Assembly (NCBI RefSeq): GCF_009914755.1 | Contig: NC_060932.1 | Length of the DNA: 64,000 bases | Reading direction: 5' to 3' (one strand) | Source: the human T2T-CHM13v2.0 reference genome, Homo sapiens | In this document: one piece after another, positions 42,478 to 56,237 of the stretch | Layout of the letters: the number at the start of each line of letters is the position of its first letter | Position numbering within the stretch: the first letter of the stretch is position 1 | Position numbers and translations under genes: made by a program | The notes under the pieces: model-generated | Databases searched by the model: none | Told to the model about the DNA's origin: nothing | What the model saw: the letters and a program-made list of their open reading frames with translations, nothing else

Positions 42478-44099
42478 CCATCTCTTTGGATTTGATTCAA
42501 TAGACACCTATTTCCTTTAGTTCTCTCCCTTGTCACTACAAAACACCCCATGATTTGACAGCCTTGGAAGTCAACTTTTAGGGTTACCAAAACAGCGTTC
42601 ACAAGGAACAAGGAATTTCCCTCAAAGCAAGCATCAGGAATAGTGTGGTAAAATGGAGAGTAATAGGATCCAAAATAGTAATGGCAAAGGCTCTTCACCC
42701 ATCAACACTATTTCTGCTGTTCTCACTTCTTCAGCACACATGGAAGTAGGACCTATGATTCAACCACATCTCCCAAGTTCATACTGCCCACCACAATTAC
42801 TGATATTCTCAGTAAAAGAGGAGGGGGAAGCCAAGTACAGAACAAATATTAAAAACAAAAAAACAGCATGTGGAACAATTTATTCTGGCTGAAGCAAAAT
42901 AAATGGACATGAGAAAAATAGCACTTTCAATCTTCACAATAAAATGTTCAAAGAAAGAAGTAAGGATATTGGAAATGTCAAGGAGAAAAAAGCAATTATA
43001 GAAATAAGCAAATTTAGAAATAATTGAAAATAAGCAGTATAAAAACAGAATTATTAAAATGAAGAGTTGACCAGAGAGGTTAAATAATATAATATATTCC
43101 ATCAAAAAATGAAATACTGGCCTGAAATATCAAGTCTAGGACTTTCAGAAAAGGCAGAAATATAGCATTAATAGTGGAAAAAACTTAAGCAATATAAAGG
43201 ATAGAAGAAAAATTTTTCATATCCATATAGTAAGCATTATAAAATCAGAGAAAAGAATAAAGGGGAGAAAATATATAAATAAAAATTAGCAATATTTCAA
43301 AATTAAAGAAATATATAAGAATCTGATTAAATGGGCTCATAGAGATTCGAAAAGTAAAAATTATAACTAATTATGAAATTTAAGATTATCTAACTCAAAA
43401 AGAAAATTTTCCATGAGTAAAAACAGATCACCCAAAAGAAAATGACAAGAATCATGTAGGCCTGAGATGAAAATTAATAGAGTAATAATAATGAAGTGGT
43501 AAAGGAAAGAATTTGCAGATGTGGCATATTATAACCAGCTAAATTATCACTTAAATATGATGCTGAAGTGCAAATATTCTCAAGAATTAATCTCTCAGAA
43601 ATTTTAGCACAGCTAGACCCTCTCTGAAAAAAAGTCTTAGAGTAAGTAATCCAGAAAAAAGACAATGAAAGCAGGAAGATATGGGAATTAAATCACTTAA
43701 TGACTGATCCCCCCAACTATTAAAGTGTATCCATAGTACATTTCTAAGTAATAACTATATGGTGATGTAGAAGGACCAAGAAGAAAGACTAAAAGAAGTG
43801 AGAGAGAGCTTTACAGGTATTGATAAACTTAAGAGGCTGACTGGGAAAAATAAATAAATAAATATAAGTCCCAATAAGTTAGGAGTAGCTTAATGAAATT
43901 GAAAGAGAATAGAATACCTTCCAACTACCAGAATGATATTTAGTCTATGGAACTTAGTGAAAGAGACAGATAAAAACCAAAAATAAGGTAATGCAAATAG
44001 AAAACATGAAATGAGATTTCAGAAATAAGTGAAATTTGTAATAAATTTAACTGGGTAAATATGCCAATCAAAAGACAAAGATTTCAGCTGGATAATCTG

Positions 44100-44505
44100 A
44101 CAGGGGCAATGTGAAGTATTTACCATACCCTATTTCTTCTTCTTGGGTACACAGGAAGAAAAGGTATATTCCAGTCTTCCTTACAGCTAAAGTGGGACAT
44201 GTGCCTGATTTCTGAACTGTGGTAATTGGCCAGAAGTGATGTAAGCCATTTTCAACCCTGGTCCTTAAAAACGTGACGCTCTAATTGCCCCTTCCCCTAC
44301 TGGATTGACTTAAAAACTTAGGTGTTACAGATCTTGTAGCATGTTCCTGAATCATGGAGTAGAACCATTTGGAGTAGGACCATGACAAACAGTTTTGTTT
44401 CTCCCATCAAACTAGATGTGAGTGAGAAATAATAAATCGTTGTAATTTTTTTGTTTTCTTTTTATTTGTTACTACCTACTAGCATAGCCTCATCCTGACT
44501 AATAC
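44100..44505 (+). mobile_element. MLT1J-like LTR
   Basis: CAGAAGTGATGTAAGCCATTTTC...CTAGCATAGCCTCATCCTGACTAATAC. Confidence 0.72.
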
Positions 44506-45926
44506 TGAGAGAGAAAGGGCTCTCACCATAAATTAATTCCAAAAACAAAAAGTCCAAATAAAGAAAGATTCTTTTGAAAACTGTTAAGCTGGAAGTAAAT
44601 ATATTGTTCAAGGACACCATTCCCTGCATTGATAAGGATCTGGCCTCTCTGGTGCTGACTTATTTAAGAATCAAGAAAATAATATGCTTATATGCCTTCT
44701 CATAAAGTAAGGCAAGATGATTTCTAGTGTAAGCTCCTCTGGAATTGCACTGTAAGCCTGAATTGAAAATAACAGAGGTGCTATAAAAATTTAGCATTTT
44801 GCTCAACTCTGGCAGGACATAGGCTTCATGAAAAGTGTCTCTTGGCAGCCATGTACCACAAAGAAACAAAGCAATGAAACAGTCACACAAAGATATGCTG
44901 CTCTGTTCTTGGTTGCTTAACTACCTTGCTTCCATTAAGTCCTGATCCTCTCATTAAAGAAATCAGGAATATATGAATTTATAAGTCATACATTTATAGC
45001 AGGTATGTATTTATTCTTTTCCTACCAATTCATAAGCTATGTATAACACCAAACACACTTAAAATGAAAAAGAAGAGGATGGAAAATAATATATTGGGCA
45101 ATGTGAAAGAAATATGATTAGCAATATTAATTTCAGAATAAATAGAATTTAAAGCAGAAAATCATTAGCAATAAATGGCGACCTTGTATTGAGCTGCTAA
45201 AAGGAACAAAAGACCTAAAAGATAAGATAATAAGTAATACATCAGCACATAAAAATATATACATAATCTTTGACATCAGTTGAGAGATTATGAAGAGAAA
45301 TAGCTAAATCAGTAATTGTAGTTAGAGATTTTAATAGATTTGTATCAGAAACAGATAGCCCAAGGAAACATAAAAACTTCATATATATGATAATTAATAA
45401 CTATAAACCAAAAGATACCTAACTAACTTCGTACCCAGTGAGCATACTTTTTCTTTTCTAAGCACACATGAAACATTCACACAATTCACTCCAGTATTGA
45501 GTAACAAAAAAAGCCTCAATAAATTGCAAAGAAACAATATTTCAGAGAGTTTTCCAGTTATTATTTAATAAAATTAGAAATCAAAACTAGGGGAGGGTGG
45601 ACCAAAAAAAAAATTGAAACTGAATGAAAACTCTTAGAGAAACCCCAAATGCCTATAAACTAAAAACAGAGAAATTCATGAGTAAAAGTATTAAATTTAC
45701 AGCTGAATGAACACAAAAGCACTACATGTTAAAATGTCTGGGAAACAGTTAAGGCAGGACTTAGACGGGCATATATTTTCTAAAAGTTATTCATCAGAAG
45801 ACAAAAAAATTATAAATAAGTGAGCTAAATATTCCCCCAAATACTAGAAAAATAAACAAGAAAAATAAGTGAAAGAAGAAGTAATGAAGGTAAGGACAGA
45901 AATTAATAAAGTAGAGAAAAACAGAT

Positions 45927-46160
45927 AATAATAGTGGCTAACATGTTTACAGTGCATATGCTAAGGGCTATTCTAAATGTTTTACATAGATTAATTCACC
46001 CAATCATCACAATGCCCATAGAGATAGGTAAAATTATTCATTTTTTTATTTTACAAATGAGTAAAGCAATACCCAGGAAAATTACATAATTTTTTCAAGA
46101 TCGTAGTCTAATCAGGAACAGAGATTGATTTATAATCTGTACTTTTATCCACTGAGCTAC
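45927..46160 (-). mobile_element. MIR
   Basis: GCTAACATGTTT...TTTTACAAATGAGTAAA. Confidence 0.75.
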
Positions 46161-46257
46161 AGTAACCCAAAAGTTGATTTTTCTTTGGAGAAGTCTACTC
46201 AAGTAGATAAGCCCCCAGAAAGGCTGACTAAGGAGAGAGGAGAAAGAAAAGGATTCC

Positions 46258-46578
46258 TGTTTCATTCAGAGTAATTAAGGGTAGCTGACACTACCAAAAA
46301 TCACTTGGTTTAACACAATGTTTATTTCTTGCTTTCCTCAGAATCCTTGGCCAGTCAAATCTACAGGGTATCTCTCCTCAAGCAGTAATCAGGGGTCCAT
46401 GATTGCCATGACAGAAGAAGAAACAGAAGAATAATGATTGCTGGCTGTTAACTTCCTCGGCCTGGAAGTCATACTCTCTGCTCACCTCTCATTGGTTTGG
46501 ACCAACCTACAGTCCCGTAGTGAGGGTAAGAACATAGAAAACACATGCATACTTTGGTGAGCACTAACAACCTCTGCA
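46258..46578 (-). mobile_element. Old MLT1 (K/L-like) LTR fragment
   Basis: TTTATTTCTTGCT...GGCCTGGAAGT...CTGCTCAC..TCATTGG...TTTGGTGAGCAC. Confidence 0.6.
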
Positions 46579-46651
46579 ATAAATATAAATAAGGTAAAGG
46601 CAGACTACAAAAAGAATAAAAATCCATAAACAGATTTTAAAAGTATATTAT

Positions 46652-46922
46652 CATTATTATTCAGAGAGTCTTCCTCTGTTGCCTAGGCTGGAGTGCAGTG
46701 GTGTGATCATGGTTCACTGCAGCCTTGACCTCTCACGTCAGCCTCCCAAGTAGCTAGGACAACAGATATGCACCCACCACACCTAGCTAATTTTGTATTT
46801 TTTATAGGGACAAGGTCTCACTCTGTTGCCCAGGCTGGTTGCAAACTCCTGAGCTCAAGCAGTCCTCCTGCCTTAGCCTCCCAAAGTGCTGGGACAAAAG
46901 GCATGAGCAACTGCACTAGGCC
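46652..46922 (-). mobile_element. AluJ
   Basis: J features; TSD AAAA(G/A)TATATTAT. Confidence 0.92.
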
Positions 46923-47058
46923 AAAAATATATTATTTTTACAGGAATGTTTGGAAGGCTACTCAACAATAAATCTGACAACCTAGCTTCAATAGACAAAT
47001 TCTTGGGAAAAGATAAAGAACCAAAATCGGAACAAGAAGAATGTTAAAGAATAGCCAA

Positions 47059-47341
47059 GGCCAGGCACAGTGGCTCACACCTGTAATCCCAGCACTTTGG
47101 GAGGCTGAGGTGGGTGGATCACAAGGTCAGGGGTTTGAGACCAGCCTGACCAACATAGGGAAACACCGTCTCTACTAAAAACACAAAAATTAGCCAGGCG
47201 TGCTGGTGCACACCTGTAATCCCAGCTACTCAGGAGGCTGAGGCAGGAGAATTGCTTGAAAACCCAGGAGGTGGAGTTTGCGTTGAGCCGAGATCGCCAG
47301 AGCGAGACTCTGTCTCAAAAAAACAAACAAACAAAAAAACA
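47059..47341 (+). mobile_element. AluS (Sg-like) with short right-arm deletion
   Basis: GAGATCGCC joined directly to AGAGCGAGAC; (AAAC)n tail; TSD AATAGCCA. Confidence 0.94.
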
Positions 47342-47437
47342 AATAGCCATATGTTAACAAAAATGGAAATAGTAATCAAAAATCTCTCTCTATCCTTGCC
47401 TTGCTTCACAAAAAAATAAAAATAAAAATAAAGCCCC

Positions 47438-48513
47438 TGTTCCAGCTATCAACTAATTGTCCTTCAGCTGTATCCCTTCTTTGTTATCCTGCTTTGCGAT
47501 AGTAAAGCTGGACCCTGTAAACATTTCTTCTTTTCCAGTTGGCATGGTGGTAAGTTTTGTCAGTAGAGAGCGCTGGGGGACACTCCAGGTGGAATGACTT
47601 CTCTCCTTGGTTTCCAAATGCTACTCCTCTCTTTTGCAGTGAGACCTTGTCCCTAAAAAATTATAAAATTAGCCAGGTGTGGTGGGTGCATACTTGGGAG
47701 GCTGAGGTGAGAGGTTGAGGCTGCAGTGAACCATGATCACACCACTGCACTCCTGCCTAGGCAACAGAGCAAGCACTTCTGCAGCACTCAGCCTGCATGA
47801 GGGAAACCCACTGGCACTCAGTCCTTCCAGTGAGTTCCTGTGGAACCCCCATGGTGGCATTCTAGTAGGCTCTACCAGCCTGCCAGCCATCCTCCCAGCC
47901 ATCCTCCCAGCCAGCCTCTCCCAGCCAGCCTCCCAGCCAGTCTCCCAGGAGGGAGTTAGGTGTCATCTCCACAAGCGGTTTTGTTGGCAAGTTCTGTAAG
48001 CTCCCAGCTGACATTCAGGATGTCTCACAGGCAATCCAGCAGACAGTATTCCAGCAAGTTCTGCTGCCCCCCAGTTCCCTTTCTAAATAACCTCACAGGC
48101 ATCCCAGTGGGTGCTTCCTATTGAGTTTGAGCAGAACTCCATGGGCAGGCTTCCCAGAGGGCAGCTAACCTCCTGCAAGTTTTGTTTACACCCTAGACAC
48201 AGTTTTCTGATGATCAACCTGGGCCTTTGACACCTCAGTCAACTTTTACACTATTCAGAGGGCTACAGTCACACCCTTTCTAACAAAGTCTAAATTAGCC
48301 CCTGTTGGAGGTGGGGGAACCCTCTTCCAAATTTGTTCCTCCCTTGGGTCCTCTGTCTTAGCCCTAGTAGTTGTGACTTTTCCATAGGGGGAATACATTC
48401 TACATCTGTATTCCTTGGAGTTCCCTCATTATCATTTAATAATTCTTTTCATTGCTTTTTCTGTTCAACTTATTCTATAACTTCTGTCTCCTGACTAGAT
48501 CCTGACTGATGTA
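47438..48513 (+). mobile_element. ERVL-type solo LTR (LTR41-like) containing a deleted AluJ fragment (~47638-47773)
   Basis: TGT start, CCTGACTGATGTA end, TSD GCCCC/GCCCA; host L1 resumes after it. Confidence 0.7.
47875..47948. repeat. Degenerate (CCTCCCAGCCA)n tandem repeat
   Basis: Seen directly. Confidence 0.85.
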
Positions 48514-48685
48514 GCCCAAGACCCAGACAGTTTCAAAAGGAGAGTGCACCAAACGTCAAGGCACAGACAATCCCAATTTTACATATCATCAAAAACAAAG
48601 AAAAAAGGAAAGGAAATTTATTTTATGATTCTAGTGCAATTCACATTCTCAATCTAGATTAGGGCAATACATTAAAACACAATTT

Positions 48686-49107
48686 CATGTCCTTCAATAG
48701 GCAAATCCATAAATGAGCTATGGCACATCTGACAATAGGATGTTATTCAGTGATTTAAAATGTGAGTGTTCAAACCATTTTTATAGGGCAGGAAGGACAG
48801 CTGCATAGGTGAAGCAGAGGGGATTTTTAGAGCAGCATAATTGTTGTGTATGATACTGTAATGGTGGATACATGCTATTATACATTTACCAAAACCCAGA
48901 AAATGTGCATCAACAGTGAATTCCAATGTAAACTATAGACTTTTGTGAATAATGTAACAATATTGGCTCATCAATTGTAATAAATGTACCGTGCTAATGC
49001 AAGATGTTAGTAATAAGGGAAACTGGGGTAGAGTGGAGAGTATATGGGAACTCTCTGTATTTTCTACTCAATTTTTCTGAAACTTAAAACTGCTCCCCCC
49101 AAAAAAA
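48686..49107 (+). mobile_element. L1MC/MD-type 3'UTR fragment nested in the older L1
   Basis: AATGTAAACTATAGACTTT...ATGGGAACTCTCTGTA; TSD TAAAACACAATT at 48673 and 49108. Confidence 0.85.
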
Positions 49108-49176
49108 TAAAACACAATTCCAGACCTAACTTACTTATGAATATAAAGCATAAATGCTAACATGATGACATGATGT

Positions 49177-49500
49177 TTTTGTTTCTTTATTTCTTTTTTT
49201 TTTTTTTTTTTGAGAGACAGGATCTTGCTCTGTCGCCCAGGTTGGAGCGCACTAATGAGATCATAGCTCACTACAGCCTCAACCTCCTGGGTTCAAGCAA
49301 TCCTCCCATTTCAACCTCCCAAGAAGTTGGAACTAAAGGCATGTGCCACCGCTCCCAGGTAATTTTTGTATATTTTGTAAAGATGAGGTCTCTGTCTCAC
49401 CATGTTGCCAGGCTAGTCTTGAACTCCTGGGCTCAAGTGATCTTCTTGCTTCAGCCCCTGAAAGGGCTGGGACCACAGGTGTGAGCCATCACACCCACTC
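49177..49500 (-). mobile_element. AluJ
   Basis: Diverged full Alu with T-rich tail. Confidence 0.92.
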
Positions 49501-50612
49501 AAATGCAAAAATCTTAAAGCAAATATTAGATCAACAAACTCAGTATTATTTAAATAACTACATAATGATGAACTAAGGTTTATATCAGGAATAATATAAT
49601 GAATTAGCATAATAAAATGTTAATATAACAATATATTAATAAGTAAAAAGGAAAAATAACTTGGTCTTTTTGATAGATTCAGAAACACATCAATGAAGTT
49701 CAGCACTCATTTATGACAAAAACTATCACAAACCAGGTAAGAAATAAATCTCCTTAATGTAATAAAGTCTACATCCTGAAACTCAATAGTAAATGTAATT
49801 CTTAATGGAGAATATTTTTAAAAGTAAGATAATGTAAAAATTGCCTTTATATTGAGAGGATATTATAATTTGCATTGAACATCCAGTAGAATCAACAAAC
49901 TATTAGAAAGAGTTTATCAAGCTTTCTGAACATAGACAAGTGAGCACATTTTCTTATCCCAGCAATAAGCTATTAGAATAGTAGTAGAAAATAAGATACC
50001 ACTGAAAAAACTACAAAGTATACAGAAATTAACCTAATAAAATGCACAAAGTTTTTATAGGAAAAAAATTTTAAACCCTATTGAAAGCCATACAGTAGAC
50101 TTGAGTAAATACAGAGATTACTATATCCATGGAGGGTTTGACTTAACATTGTAAAGATGTCAATTCTTTCCAATAGTACTCTTTAAATTTCATTAGCACT
50201 GACTGCTGGCTCTTTCCTCCAAACTTCACCTGGTTAAACTACGAAAGAGGAAGGAAAGCACAGATCTGAGGATTTCACAGCTATAACAAAAACAAACGAA
50301 CAGAAAGCTGTGAGAAACACATTGGAAGACAAAAGGTAACTCATGATTTAATGTGGATGGAAACCAGCAGCATGGGGTAGGTAAATGTTAATGCCACAGC
50401 CAGCAAATAGAATGGAGGAAAACTGTATTATTTTTAAACTTTTATCATAGAATAATTTTTAAAAGTACAAACATTAAGAGAATAGTATATGGTATTCCCT
50501 TGTAACCTCCTTCACCCATGTTCAACTCATGGAAAAACTTTTTCACTTATATTCCACACATCCCCTACTCAACTTGGATACTTTTGCCCAACTGACTTCA
50601 AAAGGCTACTGT

Positions 50613-50914
<302 letters not shown>

Positions 50915-51089
50915 CTACTGTAGCATTAATTTTCAAATAATGACTGAGTAATAGAAAATCATAATCCCATTTCATTTATGAATGAACATGACATGAACAT
51001 TTTAAATAAAATATTAGGTAATAAAATTTCATACTTACATTTAAAATAATATTTTTTAAATAATATGTTTCATAATGGAACCTATCAGT

Positions 51090-51803
51090 AGCATATGACA
51101 CTGTTGATTCCTCTCTTTTTCTTCATTTTCTTTTCTTGGCTTAAAAGCTATAACTTTCTTTTGATTCTCCTCCTACCTAAGAAGTTACTCCCTCTCAAGC
51201 TTCTTCTTTGGTGTGTCCACACTTTCCCAACTTTTAGCATTAAATTTCACCAAGACTGTGTCTCAGACCTCTCCTTTTCTCAATCTAAACTTATTTTCCA
51301 GGTCATCTCAACCATGCTTGCAACTTGAACTACCATGACTTCCAAATTTATATCTTGACCTTTGACTTGTCCTTAAATGCGAGACTCATGTATGTAATTC
51401 CCTACTTCACATCTACACTTGAATATTTAATATACACTTAAGATATCCTAAATCATAATTTTGAGCTTCTCTCCTCTACCTGCCCACCACCCCACCAAGC
51501 CTTCTGCTCCTGCCCTCTTCATTTTATTAAATATCAATTTCATCCTTATAGCTGCTCATACCTACACCCCGAATATATCTATGATTCCTCTTTAATAACC
51601 TGTATCTAATTCATCAGAAATCCTGTTTAACATATCTTCAAACATATCAAGAATCAGACCACTTTGCACTACCCCATAACTACCACTGGTTCAAAACAAT
51701 GATTTCTTATTTGGATTATGCAAAGCCTCTTAACTAATCTCCTTCAACTCATATCACCTCTTAAAACTCTTCTCCCCATCACAGCTAGAAAGTTTTATTT
51801 TAA
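51090..51803 (+). mobile_element. L2 internal fragment
   Basis: ATGACTTCCAAATTTATATCT...CATCTACACTTGAAT...TTGGATTATGCAAAGCCTCTTAACT. Confidence 0.8.
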
Positions 51804-51804
51804 A

Positions 51805-52850
51805 AGTTTTTCATAGACTTAATTTTTTAGGGTACTTTTGTGTTCACAGCAAAACTAAAGAGAAAGTAGAGAGTTCCCATATATTTCCTACCACTACACC
51901 AAAACAGCTTTCTCCACTATCAAAATCCACTCCCCAAACTGGTACATTTGTTAACATGGATGAGCCTACATTGGCACATAATTATCACCCAAAGTCTATA
52001 GCTTACATTATAGTTCACTCTTGGTATAAATTGAATGTGTTTTGACAAATGTATAATGAGCTGCATCCACCACTATAGGATCATACAGAGTAGTTTCACT
52101 GCCGTAAAAGTCTTCTGTGCACTGCCTACTCATCCTTCTCTTCCATCTGACCCCTGGAAACCACTGATCTTCTTACTGTCTCCGTAGTTTTGTCTTTTCA
52201 GAGTATCATAGAGCTCAAATCACCCATTATGTGCCCTTTCCAGATTGGTTCCTTTCACTTAGTATGCATTTATTGTTCTTCTATGTCTTTTCATGGCTTG
52301 ACAGCTCATTTGTTTTTTAGTGCCCAATAATATTCCATTGCCTGGATGTACCACAGTTTATTTTACCATTCACCTACTGAAAAACATCTCCTTGCTTCCA
52401 AGTTTTGGCAATTATGAATAAAACTATGATAAATATTTGTATGAAGATTTTTGTGTGGACATAGTTTTCAACTCATTTTATTAAATACCAAGAAGCATGA
52501 TTGCTGAATTATATGTGAAGAGGTATGTTTAATTTTGTACAAAACTGACAAACTATCTTTCAGAATGCGTACACCATTTTGCATTCCCACCAGCAATAAA
52601 TTGGAGTTTCTGTTGTTCCAAATTCTCACCAGCATTTCATAGTGTTTGTGTTTTGAATTTTTACTATTCTATTAATAACAGGTGTGTAATGGTATCTCAT
52701 TGTTACCTTAATTTGCAAGCCTCCCTAATGACGTGTGATGTTAAACATATTTTACATGTTTGTTTTCCATCTGTAAATCTTTGTGAGATGTCTGTTCAGA
52801 TCTTTTGCTCATTTGTAATCATTGTTTCTTTTTAAATCATTGAGTTTTAG
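51805..52850 (-). mobile_element. L1MC-type 3' end inserted in L2
   Basis: GTTCACAGCAAAA...TATCACCCAAAGTCTATAG...TTGCATTCCCACCAGCAA. Confidence 0.9.
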
Positions 52851-52954
52851 AGACTCTTTAAAAATGTATGTTAGATCATTTTACTCCTATTCTCAAATAA
52901 AAATAATGATCACATTTAATCTTCACCATGAACTGTTCTAAGTGCTATTCAAAT

Positions 52955-53290
52955 GGCATTCCATCCATTTTAAGATGTATATTCCTTTTTCTCTTCACTT
53001 TAAAAATATTTTAAATTGGGATGTATCTCACTGCTGTTGGCCAGGGAGTAGTCATGATGTAACTGTCATTGCCTATTTATGCAAATAAAAACTTGCTAAA
53101 GATGTTGGTGTCATGGAAGAAAATCTCATAGACAATAATAAAACATAATTTTTAAAATGTTGCATCACCAGTGGTCTGAATGCAAACAAGAATGATATTG
53201 GGTAGAAAAAGAAAGACATAGACAATCTTAAATGTAAAAGTTAAAAAATCCTAAAAGTTACTAATTGTAAAAAATATTTTAATCAATTCA
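52955..53290 (+). mobile_element. Second Tc2/Kanga-like remnant
   Basis: Homologous to the reverse complement of 30900-31785 (TGGAAGAAAATC...TGTTGCATCACCA...GATATTG). Confidence 0.6.
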
Positions 53291-53685
53291 TGCAACTTTT
53301 AGTTAAGACGTGGAATGGTGATGTCATAGTATTTTGGGAAAACCCTAAGTAAACCAACCCTCACAAAGGCTGAAACCTAGCATTGAATTATTTCAATACA
53401 TATTTACATCAAGTTGATTCATCCCTACTCTATCTGACCACCAGAGAAAAGTAAATATCCCCTGGAGAAAGATAATATCATTCACAATCTCTCTAACTTT
53501 TACAGTCTCTAGAATGCAATAAAAAATTACCAAGCATGACAGCAGGAAGAAGTAACTAACAGAAAACCTGCAAGTAATAAAAACATAGGAATAATCAAAC
53601 AAAAATATTAAAATCATATGATAAACATGTTCAAGAGAGTAGAGTAAAAGATAGAGACTATATCCCCTGAGAAATGAATCAAATG

Positions 53686-53825
53686 GGCTGGGTGCCGTGG
53701 CTCACACCTGTAACCCCAGCACTTTGGGAGGCTGAGGCGGGCGGATCACAAGATCAGGAGATGGAGACCATCCTGGCCAACATGATGAAACCCCACCTCT
53801 ACTAAAAAAAAAAAAAAAACAAGAA
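53686..53825 (+). mobile_element. Left-monomer-only AluSc/Y-type insertion
   Basis: GAGACCATCCTGGCCAAC; ends in an A-run at the linker; 16-bp TSD AGAAATGAATCAAA(T/C)G. Confidence 0.93.
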
Positions 53826-54575
53826 AGAAATGAATCAAACGGAAATTCTGGAACCATAAAAAGCAATAAAAAATTGAGAACTTGATAGATGAGGTTTATA
53901 ACAAACTAAATACAGAAGAAGAAAGAATTCAAAAACTGCAAGTTAGGAGAGTACAAAATACTTAGAACTAACTCCTAGTTTAACAGCAGATAAAACAGGC
54001 CCAAAGAGAATAAGTTAATGCATCAAAATCATTATCACTATCTGGTGCCAGAGCTGAGCCTAGAGTCCCCTGACCTCAAGCTAAGTGCTCTGTCTACTAC
54101 ATCTTACACTTCACAATATTTTCTTCACCTCTTGAGGGCTCAGAAAATCTGACATCTCCAGAATGGCATACCCACAGGAATGCAGAGAAACCATGTGGGG
54201 GAAGGGAGAAGAAAGAGAAGTTCAGCAGGGGCTCTGATTGATTACTTGAAAGATAAAGAAAGTATCAAGGAGCATACTCCAGATGTGCTTGTTCCCTGGG
54301 GTACTACACCTGAATTAAAGTGTGCCAGGTCCATTAGGACCCATCTCCTTCTCCATCCATTGCAACCAGCAAGAAACAGGTACTCCTTAGTAAGGAAATC
54401 TACCAAAGGTTTACGTTTGCCTTAGAGAAAAAGCCTCTGTAGAGAAGCCTTAATAGCTAGAAACCCCAAAGAAACAGGTAGCTACTGCTCATCTGCAACC
54501 TCCTGGCTCTCAGGAGAGTTTTAACCCAGAATTATTAGTGAAATGTTGACTGTAAAATGTACCTGTGAAATAGAC

Positions 54576-54790
54576 CAAGTGGTTCTCACTCAAGAATGAT
54601 TCTGACCCCCAAGGGGTTATTCAGCAATATCTGGAAACAATTTTAATTTTTATGATTAGGAGGATGCTACTGACATCTAGTGGATAGCAGCCAGAGGTGC
54701 TGTTTTACATTCTTCAACACACAGGACAGTCCCTACAACAATAGCAAAATTATCTGATTCAAAATCTGTATAGTGCAAAGTTTTTTAAAA
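54576..54790 (+). mobile_element. MER20
   Basis: GTGGTTCTCA...TGCTACTGACATCTAGTGG...CACAGGACAGTCCC. Confidence 0.88.
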
Positions 54791-56237
54791 CAGAAAACAG
54801 ATTTAGAGAAAAAATGGATAGAAAGAAAGAGAGAATAAGATACATATGGAACACAATCGAACTGTCTAATATGAATAATTGGAATCCCATAAGAGGTAGC
54901 ACAGAAAACGGGATGGAAGCAGGAATATTCAAAGGGGGATGGGACAAGATCATTTGAAAAATCATAGGTGACCTCAAGCCACGAACTCAACATAGTCTTG
55001 AATCTCCAAGCGTAATACCCATCTCATCACAGCAAAACTACTGAAAGTTACAAAGAAAACACCTTGAAAATGTTTATAGGGGAAAAAAAGATATACTATT
55101 TTCAAATGAATAACAATAAGATTGACCACAGACACTTTGATGAGTTTATGGAAGTCAGAAGATAATGGGACAGCATCTTTAAAGTGCTGAAAAATAACTG
55201 TCAACTGAGAATTCTATACCTAGTGAAAATATACTTTAAAATAAAGGCAAAATAAAATGTTTTCAGATTTTAAAAAAAGTAAAAATACGACATGGACTAA
55301 AAGAAGTATTAAATGTGTTCTTCAAGCAGAAGAAAAATGATTCCAGAGCAAAACAGATATTCAGGAAGGAATAAAAATCATTGAAAAGAGTAAGCATGTG
55401 AATAAACCTAAAAGAATATCTATAATGTAAAACAACCATAACAGTGTCTTGTAAGGCAAATATTTAAAACTAAGTTGCTCAACAACAATAGCAAAACATG
55501 AGCACAGGTTAAACGGAGTTTGAGTGCTATTTAGAACTTACATTGTTCAGGTAATTATAAACTGCAAATTTAATTATATTTAATACACCAAACATATATT
55601 TCAAAATATCTAGCATACTCACTGAAAGGCAATAAATTTTAACCTACTAGCTAATAAAGAAATAGAGTTTTTAAAAAATAAAATAATTAATCCTAAAGAT
55701 GAAAAGAAAGGAGAAATAGGGTAGAATAGATAGAAAACAAATATAAAGATGCAAGTCAATTTTATAATAAATTATACATGTAATTGTTGATTTAGACCTT
55801 CAAAATTAAATTACACATGGAACACCAATTTAAGGACAAAGACTATCAGATTTGATGAAAAATGGGAACCCATTTATATGGTGCTTAAAGACACCTTAAC
55901 TAGCATACACCCACAGAATGATTGAAAGTAAGAAGATGGAGGATATTTGGATATTTTTTAAATACTGACCAGCTCCTAGTGTGGCTATATTACAATATGA
56001 CAAAGTACACACTAAGTCACACTAAGAAGGAGTACTTGCAATAAATAATAACATTTCACAATAAGTAATGAGTGAATTCAATAGGATGACATAACCCTAA
56101 ATATGTAATCATCAAATAACGTGTTTTCAAAATAGATATACATGGACAGAAATAAAAAGAAAGAAAGAAATACACAGTGTAGAAGACTCTGACAAACCTT
56201 TCTCAATAACCAGTAGAAAAAAATTAAAAATCAATAA

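Larger units (their letters stand above)
42850..50190 (+). mobile_element. Long fragmented L1M (L1ME-like) ORF1-ORF2 remnant hosting many insertions
   Basis: A-rich plus strand with colinear ORF2 landmarks (AAGCCTCAATAAATT, ATAGACAAATTCTTG, GCCCAAGACCCAGACAGTTTCA, ATTGTAAAGATGTCAATTCT). Confidence 0.75.
53340..56237 (+). mobile_element. Old L1M 5'/ORF1/early ORF2 fragments
   Basis: TAATTGGAATCCCA, GAAGTCAGAAGATAATGG, AGAATTCTATACCTAGTGAAAATAT (ORF1 C-terminus). Confidence 0.75.
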
